A stretch of 63,393 nt of DNA, taken from Deltaproteobacteria bacterium UBA5799 (GTDB taxonomy: Bacteria > Desulfobacterota > GWC2-55-46). The stretch spans positions 1 to 63,393 of the forward strand of contig DIDN01000022.1 of the NCBI GenBank assembly GCA_002418185.1, in the 5' to 3' direction. A program made the position numbers and the translations under genes. The notes below the pieces were generated by a model that had not been told where the DNA came from, did no database searches, and worked only from the letters and a program-made list of their open reading frames with translations. Shown one piece after another: positions 55,317 to 63,393 of the stretch. The stretch's first letter is position 1. Every line of letters starts with the position of its first letter.

Positions 55317-57806
55317 ATGAAAAACGATCTCGGCGATATCGGGCTACCGAGGCTCCTTCACCTCATTTACCTCAAGCAGGACGAGACGGCAGTCCTCGAC
55401 ATCATGAGGGAGCCCGTAAAGAAACGCTTCTTCTTCAGGCGCGGCCTCCCGGTGGCCGCGAGCTCGAACGTGCTCGGAGAGGTCCTCGGCAGGCTCCTCA
55501 TGCAGGAGGGGATTATCACCGAGAAGGAGTACGAGGGCTCGCTCGAAGCGGTCCTCAGGGACCGGAAGCGCCACGGAGAGGTGCTGATCTCCATGGGGCT
55601 CCTCACGAAGGAGAAGCTTGTCGATTTCCTCAAGCTTCAGCTGAAGAGGAGGCTCCTCAAGGTTTTCGACTGGGAGGAGGGCTCCTACAAGTATGTGAGG
55701 GCGCCCATCCCCGAGGGGCTTCCCGACAACCCGCTCCACCCGGCCGAGCTGATACTCGAAGCCATAAGCCTCGGCTTCTACCCGGTATCGAACATTAAAA
55801 AAGAGCTCGGGCCCTACATGGGAAAGCGGCTCGCCTTCCATGACGGCGAAGGCCCGTACAGGCTCGACGACTTCCGTTTCAACCTGCAGGAGACGCGGTT
55901 CATAGAGTCGCTCTCCGGCGGGGGCACGCTCGAGGACGCGCTCGGCTCATCAGACCTCCTCCACCACCGCGCCCTGTCCATAGCCCTCGCGCTCATAATG
56001 ACCGGGCTCCTCGTGGAGAGCGGCGACGGGGCGGGCGAGGCGGCTTACGAACTCAAGGAATCGGCGCCCGAGGCGCGGGCGCCCGAGGCGCAGGTCGACT
56101 CCCAGCTCAATGCCGAGCTGCTTTTCATGCGCGCCAAAACCGCCCTCCAGAAAAGGGACTTCCGCGCCGCCATCGGCATGCTCAAGGACATCACCACCAT
56201 CTCGCCCGGAGAGGGCGAGTACTGGGCCGCGCTCGGCTGGGCCCTTTATAACGACGACCCCGAAAGGATTTCCGAGGCCGAGAAGCTCTTAAAGGAATCC
56301 ATAGACCTCAATAACGACCTCGACGGCGCCTGGCTCTATCTCGGAAAGGTCTTTCTGGCCCGGGGCCGCGCCGAAGAGGCCGCGGCGGCCTTCTCGACCG
56401 CTTTATCGAAGAACCCCTGGAATACCGAGGCGCTCTCGGAGCACAAAAGGCTTCTGCTGAACAGCCGCACCCCGCAAGAGGCCGGGCCGTTCGCGGGCTT
56501 CCCGCCCGAGCCGCCGTTTTCAAGGTCGCAGTCCGGAGCGCTCGACCTGCTCGTCAAGGCCGTAAGGAAGCATTCCGGCCCGGTCCTCCTCGAGGGAGAG
56601 CCGGGCGCGGGGAAGACGACCGTGCTCCTTGAACTCCTGAAAAGGGTCGCGCACGACAAGGTCCTTGCCGCGCTCGTCCTTACGCCGCCCGCCAGGGAAA
56701 TCGATTTGGTCAGGGAGCTTAACGACGAGTTGGGCTCCGGAAGCGGCACCCGGACCGTCAAGGACCAGCTCCTTAACCTCGGCATGCGCGTATCCCAGAA
56801 CAAGATCCAGGGCGGCTTGAGCCTCGTTGTAATAGACGGCGCGGACTCGCTAACGCCCGGGTGCCTTAAGCTCATACAGTACCTTACCAGGCTAAAGACC
56901 CTCCAAGTAATCCTTGCCGCAGGGCCCGGCCTTGCAACGAAGCTCAAGGACCCCGCCTTCAAAGAACTCGACGAGCGGCTTTCCATCCGCATACCCATAG
57001 AAAAGATGTCGCCGGAGGAGACCGCCCTCGTCATCGACACGCGGGTTAAATCCGCATGCGGCGAGGCCGCCGTCCGTGCAGCGCTCTCCGCCCCCGACCC
57101 CCGAGCGATTTTCGAGAAGACCGGCGGCATCCCATCGGCAGCGCTCAAAGAGGCGGCCGCGGTCTTCGAGAGCACGACGCCGAAGACTCTCGAACGGACC
57201 GGCGACGAGCCCCCCAGGGCCGTGCCGATAAAGCCGGAAGAAGGGGCGGCGCCAAGGGACCTCCCTGAAGCGCCCGGAGAAATGCATGGCGTAGAGTTGA
57301 TGGAATACGAGCACGAACTGGAACCGGCGCCACCGGAACCTTCCGTGGAGGCCCCTTCAAGGCCCGCTCCCCCGAAAAGGCCTGCAGAGGCGGCGCCTGT
57401 CGCGCCCCCTGCTCCTCCTGTGGAAAAGGCCGCTCAGACGGCGGCTCCCGAGAAGCCCGTTCCGCCGGTAGAGACGGCGGCCCCGAAAGAGGTCGTGGAA
57501 TTGGGCATGCCCGCAAAAAAGGGGTCTTCAAGCGTTATCCTCTGGTTTATCCTCATACTCGTCGCAGCACTAGCCGCCGGATATTTCATTTGGACGTACC
57601 GGCTGGGCAGCGGCGATCAGGGAGCGGATGCGCCGATAGCAGTGCCCGCACCCTCCGAGGAAAGGCTCCCCGGGCCGGGTGAGAGAGGCGGGCCAATCCA
57701 GGCCGGTTTCGAGAAAGTCGACGAAGGAGAGGCCCCCGTGTCGGCGCCTCTTGATACAGAGGCCATGCCTCCCTCCCTTGACACGGCGCCTCAGCATGGT
57801 GAATAG
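55317..57806 (+). CDS. DUF4388/GspE-N-like + TPR + ExeA-like AAA ATPase + Pro/Ala-rich linker + single TM protein
   Basis: N-terminus LPRLLHLIYLKQDETAVLDI and LGEVLGRLLMQEGIITEKEYE. TPR-like helices around 280-380. Walker A GEPGAGKTT. PAPP-rich region. TM segment VILWFILILVAALAAGYFIW. Confidence 0.65.
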   Translation: MKNDLGDIGLPRLLHLIYLKQDETAVLDIMREPVKKRFFFRRGLPVAASSNVLGEVLGRLLMQEGIITEKEYEGSLEAVLRDRKRHGEVLISMGLLTKEKLVDFLKLQLKRRLLKVFDWEEGSYKYVRAPIPEGLPDNPLHPAELILEAISLGFYPVSNIKKELGPYMGKRLAFHDGEGPYRLDDFRFNLQETRFIESLSGGGTLEDALGSSDLLHHRALSIALALIMTGLLVESGDGAGEAAYELKESAPEARAPEAQVDSQLNAELLFMRAKTALQKRDFRAAIGMLKDITTISPGEGEYWAALGWALYNDDPERISEAEKLLKESIDLNNDLDGAWLYLGKVFLARGRAEEAAAAFSTALSKNPWNTEALSEHKRLLLNSRTPQEAGPFAGFPPEPPFSRSQSGALDLLVKAVRKHSGPVLLEGEPGAGKTTVLLELLKRVAHDKVLAALVLTPPAREIDLVRELNDELGSGSGTRTVKDQLLNLGMRVSQNKIQGGLSLVVIDGADSLTPGCLKLIQYLTRLKTLQVILAAGPGLATKLKDPAFKELDERLSIRIPIEKMSPEETALVIDTRVKSACGEAAVRAALSAPDPRAIFEKTGGIPSAALKEAAAVFESTTPKTLERTGDEPPRAVPIKPEEGAAPRDLPEAPGEMHGVELMEYEHELEPAPPEPSVEAPSRPAPPKRPAEAAPVAPPAPPVEKAAQTAAPEKPVPPVETAAPKEVVELGMPAKKGSSSVILWFILILVAALAAGYFIWTYRLGSGDQGADAPIAVPAPSEERLPGPGERGGPIQAGFEKVDEGEAPVSAPLDTEAMPPSLDTAPQHGE

Positions 57807-57872
57807 TTGAATAGGGGCGCGTTCCGCCATTTTTAGCGCACACCAGACCCGCATCAGAGTCAAGGGGGCGTC

Positions 57873-59120
57873 ATGGCCGATAAAGGCGTTTTTGGGGAGG
57901 TGCTTTTGGTCCTTGAAAAGGCGAACAGGCACCTGAACCTCCCCAGGTCCATATACGAACGGCTTAGGACCCCTAAGCGCTCGCTCATAGTCTCTGTCCC
58001 GGTAGAGCTGGACGACGGGTCGGTTGCGAACTTCGCCGGCTACAGGGTGCAGTACGATTTCGCGAGGGGGCCCGCAAAGGGCGGGGTCCGCTTCCACCCG
58101 AAGGTCGACCTGGACGAGATGACCGCGCTCGCCGCGCTCATGACCTGGAAATGCGCCCTGGTGGACATACCCTTCGGCGGCGCAAAAGGGGGGGTTGCCT
58201 GCGACCCGACCGTCTTGAGCAGGCGCGAGCTCGAAAGGCTCACGAGGAGGTACACCTACGAAATCGGCCTATTCATTGGCCCCGAGTCCGACATACCAGC
58301 GCCCGACGTCTATACCGACGAGCAGGTGATGGCCTGGATGATGGACACCTATTCCATGATGAAGGGATATTCGGTCCCGGGCGTGGTGACAGGCAAGCCC
58401 GTAAGCCTCGGCGGCTCGCTCGGCAGGAACAAAGCCACCTCGACCGGGCTCGTAACCGTCGTCCTCGAGACGCTCAAGCACCTGGAGACAGAGGCCGAGG
58501 GGCTCTCGGCCACGCTGCTCGGCTTCGGCAAGGTCGGGCTTAACGCTGCTTACATGCTCGAAGAGGCAGGGGTCAGGATAATCGGGGTAGCCGATTCGAA
58601 GGGCGGGGCATACAACCCGCAGGGGCTCGATATAAAGGAGCTCGCCCGCCATAAACGCGCATCCGACACGGTGCAGGGCTTCAGGGGCGCGGAGGACCTC
58701 TCCTTCGACGAGCTCATATCCATTGAGACCGACATCCTGATACCGGCCGCACTCGAAGGGCAGATAAACGCCTCGAACGCGCACCTGGTCAAGACGAAGA
58801 TCCTGGCCGAAGGCGCGAACTCGCCCCTTACGGCGGAAGCTGACGAGCTCCTTGGCTCGAAGGGCGTCTTCATCATACCCGACATACTGGCGAATGCCGG
58901 TGGGGTGGTCGTCTCGTATTTCGAATGGGTCCAGGGGCTTCAGAGGTTCTTCTGGGACGAGGCCGAGGTGGATGAGCGCCTTTCTGCCGTTATGAAAAGG
59001 GCTTTTCACGAGGTCCTCGCGCTATCCAGGGACAAGGGCATGGACATGAGGACCGCCGCCATGGTGCTCGGGGTAAAAAAGGTGGCCGACGCGGTCCAGA
59101 TAAGGGGGCTATATCCATGA
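57873..59120 (+). CDS. gdhA: Glu/Leu/Phe/Val-family glutamate dehydrogenase
   Basis: IPFGGAKGGV lysine motif and Rossmann GFGKVG. 415 aa. Confidence 0.92.
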   Translation: MADKGVFGEVLLVLEKANRHLNLPRSIYERLRTPKRSLIVSVPVELDDGSVANFAGYRVQYDFARGPAKGGVRFHPKVDLDEMTALAALMTWKCALVDIPFGGAKGGVACDPTVLSRRELERLTRRYTYEIGLFIGPESDIPAPDVYTDEQVMAWMMDTYSMMKGYSVPGVVTGKPVSLGGSLGRNKATSTGLVTVVLETLKHLETEAEGLSATLLGFGKVGLNAAYMLEEAGVRIIGVADSKGGAYNPQGLDIKELARHKRASDTVQGFRGAEDLSFDELISIETDILIPAALEGQINASNAHLVKTKILAEGANSPLTAEADELLGSKGVFIIPDILANAGGVVVSYFEWVQGLQRFFWDEAEVDERLSAVMKRAFHEVLALSRDKGMDMRTAAMVLGVKKVADAVQIRGLYP

Positions 59121-59303
59121 CCCGGGAGGGCGCGCAGGGCCCTTTTCCATGAAGACCCGGCTTGAAGCCGCCCCCTTGCCCGCCCTAACCGCCTGGCTGC
59201 CTTACGTTTTCCCGGAGACGTAAAATTCTTTCCGCCTGCCCTTCAAAACCCTTGAAATCACCCTTCCACTCTGATAAATTGGCTCCCTACAAAAAGGCCC
59301 CAG

Positions 59304-59335
59304 TTATCAACATCTGTGTATAACCCTGTGAATAT
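59304..59335. promoter_or_regulatory. cluster of three DnaA-box-like 9-mers upstream of dnaA
   Basis: TTATCAACA (59304-59312); tgtgtataa, reverse complement TTATACACA (59315-59323); tgtgaatat, reverse complement ATATTCACA (59327-59335). Each has 1-2 mismatches to TTATCCACA, with 11-12 nt spacing. Confidence 0.55.
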
Positions 59336-59409
59336 CTTCCGGCGGAAGTGCAATCGTTCTGGCCTCGTTTGCCCCTCTCTATCCAGAGCTGCCGGAACCC
59401 GTGGAGCAA

Positions 59410-60741
59410 ATGGATTCCGAAGCGATCTGGAAAAACTGCCTTGAAACGATAGAAACTCACGTAAGCCCGCAGCACATTGCCACGTGGTTCAAGCCCATAA
59501 AGGTGCTGGGCGGGAACTCCTCCCGCATCGACCTGGAAGTGCCGAACCGTTTTTTCCTCGAGTGGATAAAGGAGCACTATCTCGTGCTCCTGGAGGATGT
59601 GCTCCGGAAGGTCTCGAAGAAAGGGGTTGAGCTCGCCTGGTCGGTCGGCGACGAGTCCCAGGCCGCCCCCCTGAAGAAGCGCGAGAAGGAAGGCGGCAAG
59701 GCGCCGAGGCAGGCCGGCTCGACGCTCAACGGCAAGTACACCTTTGAAAACTTCGTCGTGGGCAAGGCCAACGAGTTCGCCCATGCCGCCTGCTCGGCCG
59801 CAGCCGGAAACCTCGGGAGCAAGTACAACCCGCTCTTCATCTACGGCTGCGTGGGCCTCGGCAAGACCCACCTCCTCCAGGCCATAGGACACAAGGTGCT
59901 CGCCGCGAGCCCCGGCGCCAAGGTCTGCTATTACACCTCCGAGCGCTTCGTGAACGACTTCATAAACTATGTAAGCCGCCAGAAGATGAGCGAGTTCAGG
60001 AGCAGGTTCAGGAACGTGGACGTGCTCCTCATCGACGACATACAGTTCTGGGCCGGCAAGGAAGGCACCCAGGAGGAGTTCTTCCACACCTTCAACACCC
60101 TGTATGAAAACCACAAGCAGATAGTGGTGACGAGCGACAAGTTTCCCAAGGACCTTAACGGCCTCGAAGAGAGGCTCAGGTCGCGCTTCGAGTGGGGGCT
60201 TGTGGCGGACATACAGCCGCCCGATACAGAGACCAAGATAGCGATACTCAGGAAAAAGGCGAAGTCCGAGGGGGTGAAGCTCCCGGACGACGTGGCCGGC
60301 TGGCTCTCGGAGGTGAGCGGCTCAAACGTAAGGGAGCTCGAGGGCTTTCTTAACAGGATAATAGCCGTATCGAGCCTTACGAACCGCGAGATCGACCTTG
60401 CCATGGCCAGGGAGGCGCTCAAGAACCTCATAAAGGAGATGGAGGAGAAGGTCTTCACCATAGACGAAATACAGAAGGCCGTCTCCTCGTTCTATGATAT
60501 AAAGACATCGGAGCTAAAGAGCAAGAGAAGGCACCAGAAAATTGCGCTCCCGAGGCAGATTGCCATGTTTCTCGCAAGGGAGTACGGCGGCTTCTCTTAC
60601 CCGGAGATAGGCTCGTCCTTTGGCGGCAAGGACCACTCGACGGCCATACACGCCTGCAAGAAAATAGAGAAGGCGGTCAAGGAGAATGCGGAGGTCAGGC
60701 AGGCCGTGAGGTCTCTCAAGCAGAACCTCGGCATAAGGTAG
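59410..60741 (+). CDS. dnaA: chromosomal replication initiator DnaA
   Basis: MDSEAIWKNCLE N-terminus, Walker A GCVGLGKTHLL, C-terminal DNA-binding DHSTAIHACKKI. A GTG at 59401 is an alternative start. Confidence 0.96.
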   Translation: MDSEAIWKNCLETIETHVSPQHIATWFKPIKVLGGNSSRIDLEVPNRFFLEWIKEHYLVLLEDVLRKVSKKGVELAWSVGDESQAAPLKKREKEGGKAPRQAGSTLNGKYTFENFVVGKANEFAHAACSAAAGNLGSKYNPLFIYGCVGLGKTHLLQAIGHKVLAASPGAKVCYYTSERFVNDFINYVSRQKMSEFRSRFRNVDVLLIDDIQFWAGKEGTQEEFFHTFNTLYENHKQIVVTSDKFPKDLNGLEERLRSRFEWGLVADIQPPDTETKIAILRKKAKSEGVKLPDDVAGWLSEVSGSNVRELEGFLNRIIAVSSLTNREIDLAMAREALKNLIKEMEEKVFTIDEIQKAVSSFYDIKTSELKSKRRHQKIALPRQIAMFLAREYGGFSYPEIGSSFGGKDHSTAIHACKKIEKAVKENAEVRQAVRSLKQNLGIR

Positions 60742-61034
60742 CGCTTTTGAACGCTTCGGCAGGTCCCGACAGCTTTATCAACACCCTGCCTTTTTCCTGT
60801 TCGTATGAGGCCCCGTTCTGTTCGTAACCCCGGGCCGGTTGTTGACGGAGTAGCGGCGGCGGCAGAATGTTTACTGAGGCGGCTTTTTTACGAACAGCTT
60901 TGCGCGCCAGCTCCGGCTTTTATTTCAGGGACTTGCGCTGATATCAACATTTTAACAGGCCCTACTACTATCTACTACTATCTAAAGAATTTTAAAGTTA
61001 TAAGAATATATAAATCCAAACACAGGAGAACAGG
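60742..61034. other. candidate oriC / DNA-unwinding region in the dnaA-dnaN spacer
   Basis: DnaA-box-like TTATCAACA (60775-60783) and ATATCAACA (60941-60949). 9-mer CTGTTCGTA three times (60797, 60818, inverted at 60889). Tandem decamer ctactactat x2 (60962-60981). A ~34-nt stretch that is ~88% A+T (60983-61016). Confidence 0.5.
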
Positions 61035-62138
61035 ATGAAGTTCACTATCGGTAAGCCAGACTTCATAAAGGTGCTCCAGAGGATACAGGGCATCGTGGAG
61101 AAGAGGAACACCATGCCCATACTCGCGAACGTGCTCCTGGACGCCTCAAAGGGCAAGGTTACCATAATGGCTACCGACCTGGAGGTCTTCATAAGGGACG
61201 CGGCACAGGCGGGCGTGTCCGAGGAAGGCTCAGTTACGGTGAACGCCCGCAAGGTCTTCGAGATAGCAAAGGAGCTCCCCGGCGACCAGATAGACGTATC
61301 CACAGGCAAGGACGACAAGCTTACGCTCAAGGCCGGCAAGGCGAGGTTCAACATAATGGGGCTTCCGGCAAAGGAGTTCCCCTCTTTTCCGGAACCGGAT
61401 GAAGGGGCTTTGCAGCCGATTGACGGCGAGACCATGAGGAACATGATAGAAAAGACGTCTTTTGCCGTCTCTACCGACGAGACGAGATACAACATAAACG
61501 GTTTCCTCCTCGAAAGGGAGGACGGCAGGATAAAGATGGTCGCAACCGACGGGCACAGGCTTGCCCTCGTCGTGAGCGAAGGCGACAACATAGCCAAGGG
61601 GCAAAAAGAAGGAGTGCTGCTGCCGAGAAAGGGCGTAATGGAGATGAAGAAGGTCCTTGACGAAAAAGAGGGGGGCTTCTTCCTCGGCATAAGCCAGAAG
61701 AACGCTGTAATGAAGCGGGACAACACGGTAATCACGGTCCGGCTCCTTGAGGGCGAGTTCCCGGACTACAGGAGAGTAATCCCCAAGGACAACGACAAGA
61801 AGGTGAGCGCGAAAAGGGAGGACCTTCTTGCCTCACTGAAGAGGGTCTCTATACTCTCCACCGACAAGATCAAAGGCGTCAAGTTCGGCTTTTCCGACTC
61901 CAGGCTGGTCCTCTCGTCCTCAAGCCCCGAGATAGGGGAGGCTACCGAAGAGGTCGACATAAACTATTCTGAAGACGAAATAGAGATAGCCTTCAACGCA
62001 AGGTATTTCATAGACGTGCTCGAGGCGCTTAAAGACGAAGAGGTAAGCATCAATCTCAAGGACTCTCTTTCCCCGGGCATAATAAGGCCTGCAGGAGGAG
62101 AGGACTACACCTATATCATCATGCCCATGAGGCTCTGA
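61035..62138 (+). CDS. dnaN: DNA polymerase III beta sliding clamp
   Basis: MKFTI start, LEGEFPDYRRVIP, C-terminal YIIMPMRL. 367 aa. Confidence 0.96.
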   Translation: MKFTIGKPDFIKVLQRIQGIVEKRNTMPILANVLLDASKGKVTIMATDLEVFIRDAAQAGVSEEGSVTVNARKVFEIAKELPGDQIDVSTGKDDKLTLKAGKARFNIMGLPAKEFPSFPEPDEGALQPIDGETMRNMIEKTSFAVSTDETRYNINGFLLEREDGRIKMVATDGHRLALVVSEGDNIAKGQKEGVLLPRKGVMEMKKVLDEKEGGFFLGISQKNAVMKRDNTVITVRLLEGEFPDYRRVIPKDNDKKVSAKREDLLASLKRVSILSTDKIKGVKFGFSDSRLVLSSSSPEIGEATEEVDINYSEDEIEIAFNARYFIDVLEALKDEEVSINLKDSLSPGIIRPAGGEDYTYIIMPMRL

Positions 62139-62195
62139 CCCCTCGGGCCGCCACGGGCAGCTTTTACTGGCAGCCCCGTAAACCTCAGAAACCGC

Positions 62196-62225
62196 TTGAC
62201 ATTCGAGTAGACCCTGTGTCTAAAT
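62196..62225 (+). promoter_or_regulatory. candidate promoter of rpmH
   Basis: TTGACA (62196-62201), N18, then CTAAAT (62220-62225) preceded by a TG (extended -10). Lies ~75 nt upstream of rpmH. Confidence 0.4.
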
Positions 62226-62299
62226 AATGGTTTGACCAGGGCCCTGCCCCGCTATTTACCCCGAACTGACAGCAGAACTAACAGGAAAAGGGACACGCC

Positions 62300-62455
62300 A
62301 TGCCGAAAAGGACATTTCAGCCGAGCAATAAAAGGAGACTCAGGACCCACGGGTTCCTCGTGAGGATGGCCACAAAGGCCGGAAGGGCCGTCATTAAAAG
62401 GAGAAGGGCCAAGGGAAGAAAGCGCCTCTCCGTGACAGTAAGCGCCAGCAAGTAG
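62300..62455 (+). CDS. rpmH: 50S ribosomal protein L34
   Basis: Not in the ORF track (51 aa). [45 protein letters not shown]... is the canonical L34 sequence. Confidence 0.95.
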   Translation: MPKRTFQPSNKRRLRTHGFLVRMATKAGRAVIKRRRAKGRKRLSVTVSASK

Positions 62456-62697
62456 GCCGGGCGCGACTACCCAGGAAACCCCGGGTAACCGAGGACCGGG
62501 GCACGGAGGCGACATACCCCCGCTTGCCGAGAAACCACCGGCACTTCGGGCAGGCCGGGCGCGAAAAAGATGCAGCAGGCGACCAGCCGCTTGAGCCCTT
62601 TGTGCGTCCAGCGGATCTGAAGCCTCTTTCAGCCCAGGAGCGCACCCGGCGGAACTACCGGTTTTTTCCGACCGGAATCATACAAGGAGCCGGGCGG

Positions 62698-63060
62698 ATG
62701 AAAGGGAAAACCGGGCTTTCCTTTCCGAAGGAGGAACGGCTTCTCAGGCCCGAGGACTTCAGAAAGGTCCGGAAGGACGGCAAAAGGCTCTCTACCAGGA
62801 GCTTCACCCTGTACCTGATGGCGAACGGGCTCGGGAAGAAAAGGCTCGGGATCGCGGTTAGCGCCAAAACCGGCGGCGCGGTCAAAAGGAACAGGATGAA
62901 GAGGCTCTTACGCGAGTTCTTCAGGCAGAACAAAGACCTCTTTCCGGCATCCACGGACATACTCGTCTCTGTCAGGACCCTCGAGCACGCAACCGGGCTC
63001 AAAGGCGTGGAGGAGGAACTTAAAAAAGCGCTCGGCCCGCCGGGGCCGGCTTCCGGATAG
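62698..63060 (+). CDS. rnpA: ribonuclease P protein component
   Basis: FPKEERLLRPEDFRKV and RNRMKRLLREFFR motifs. The MKGKTG start is preferred; the ORF is open from 62524. Confidence 0.88.
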   Translation: MKGKTGLSFPKEERLLRPEDFRKVRKDGKRLSTRSFTLYLMANGLGKKRLGIAVSAKTGGAVKRNRMKRLLREFFRQNKDLFPASTDILVSVRTLEHATGLKGVEEELKKALGPPGPASG

Positions 63061-63062
63061 AA

Positions 63063-63317
63063 ATGCTCAAGCAACTCCTGATATTCCTTATCTCCGTTTA
63101 CAAGACCCTTATTTCACCGGTCCTTCCGCCCTCCTGCAGGTTCTACCCGAGCTGCTCGGAATACGCCAGGGCCTCTATAGAGGCGCACGGCGCCCTGAAG
63201 GGGTCGTACCTCGGCGCCAGAAGGCTCTTGAAGTGCCATCCCTATCACGATGGCGGGTTCGACCCGGTGCCGCCCGCAAGGGAAAAACAACCGAACAGGA
63301 CTCCACAGCATGGATAA
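63063..63317 (+). CDS. yidD: membrane protein insertion efficiency factor YidD
   Basis: LISVYKTLISPVLPPSCRFYPSCSEYA signature. Confidence 0.92.
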   Translation: MLKQLLIFLISVYKTLISPVLPPSCRFYPSCSEYARASIEAHGALKGSYLGARRLLKCHPYHDGGFDPVPPAREKQPNRTPQHG

Positions 63318-63393
63318 GAAAGTCTGGATCGCCTTGATACTCTCAATGGCGGTGCTCTTCTTCTACCCCTATTTCATACAGCAGTTCTACCCT
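63310..63393 (+). CDS. yidC: membrane protein insertase YidC, N-terminal fragment (runs off the window)
   Basis: MDKKVWIALILSMAVLFFYPYFIQQFYP. Position after yidD, overlapping its stop by 8 nt. Confidence 0.75.
   Translation, partial: MDKKVWIALILSMAVLFFYPYFIQQFYP

Overview
63.4-kb window from a G+C-rich (roughly 60% by eye) Gram-negative-type bacterial chromosome. I cannot assign a lineage from the sequence alone. All domain calls come from motif recognition by eye; no database search was run.

Left to right:
(i) A minus-strand housekeeping operon (M50 protease, trpS, scpA, scpB, rluB) and a DHH-CBS-poly(A) polymerase/CCA-type fusion.
(ii) A nine-gene minus-strand operon with five multihaem c-type cytochromes (32 CXXCH motifs in total), an NHL and a PQQ/BamB-like beta-propeller, and two HAMP-only membrane proteins. 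It is promoted back-to-back with hemE-hemH-hemY.
(iii) A Cys-cluster/SEC-C fusion protein, then a sigma54 module: a PAS-only protein, an NtrC-type activator, two tandem palindromic upstream sites, a perfect -24/-12 promoter and an unknown secreted protein. trpB2 and rluE follow.
(iv) A lower-G+C accessory region lying between two tRNA genes whose 3' ends face each other (tRNA-Asn 26623-26698 on +, tRNA-Ser 44417-44501 on -). It carries a PLD-nuclease/SF2-helicase/DUF3427-like ORF translationally coupled to a Nudix hydrolase. It also holds a nucleotidyltransferase/MNT cassette bracketed by 26/27-nt direct repeats, an HTH protein, and a CheB-CheR-PAS fusion flanked by two PAS kinases, one of which lacks the H-box histidine. 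Further right are a frameshifted and truncated integrase, a Zn-ribbon-DUF898 + M48 + zincin trio, and a sharply AT-rich two-gene module of unknown function directly 3' of tRNA-Ser.
(v) serS, ubiX, htrA, DUF1844, hsp20 and clpB on the minus strand. Then, on the plus strand: glnE, a DUF4388-TPR-AAA membrane protein, gdhA, dnaA, a candidate oriC, dnaN, rpmH, rnpA, yidD and the start of yidC.

Best candidates for undescribed systems: the helicase-Nudix pair, the AT-rich orphan pair at tRNA-Ser, the cytochrome/propeller/HAMP operon, and the repeat-bracketed nucleotidyltransferase cassette. No CRISPR array, rRNA gene or intact transposase was seen.
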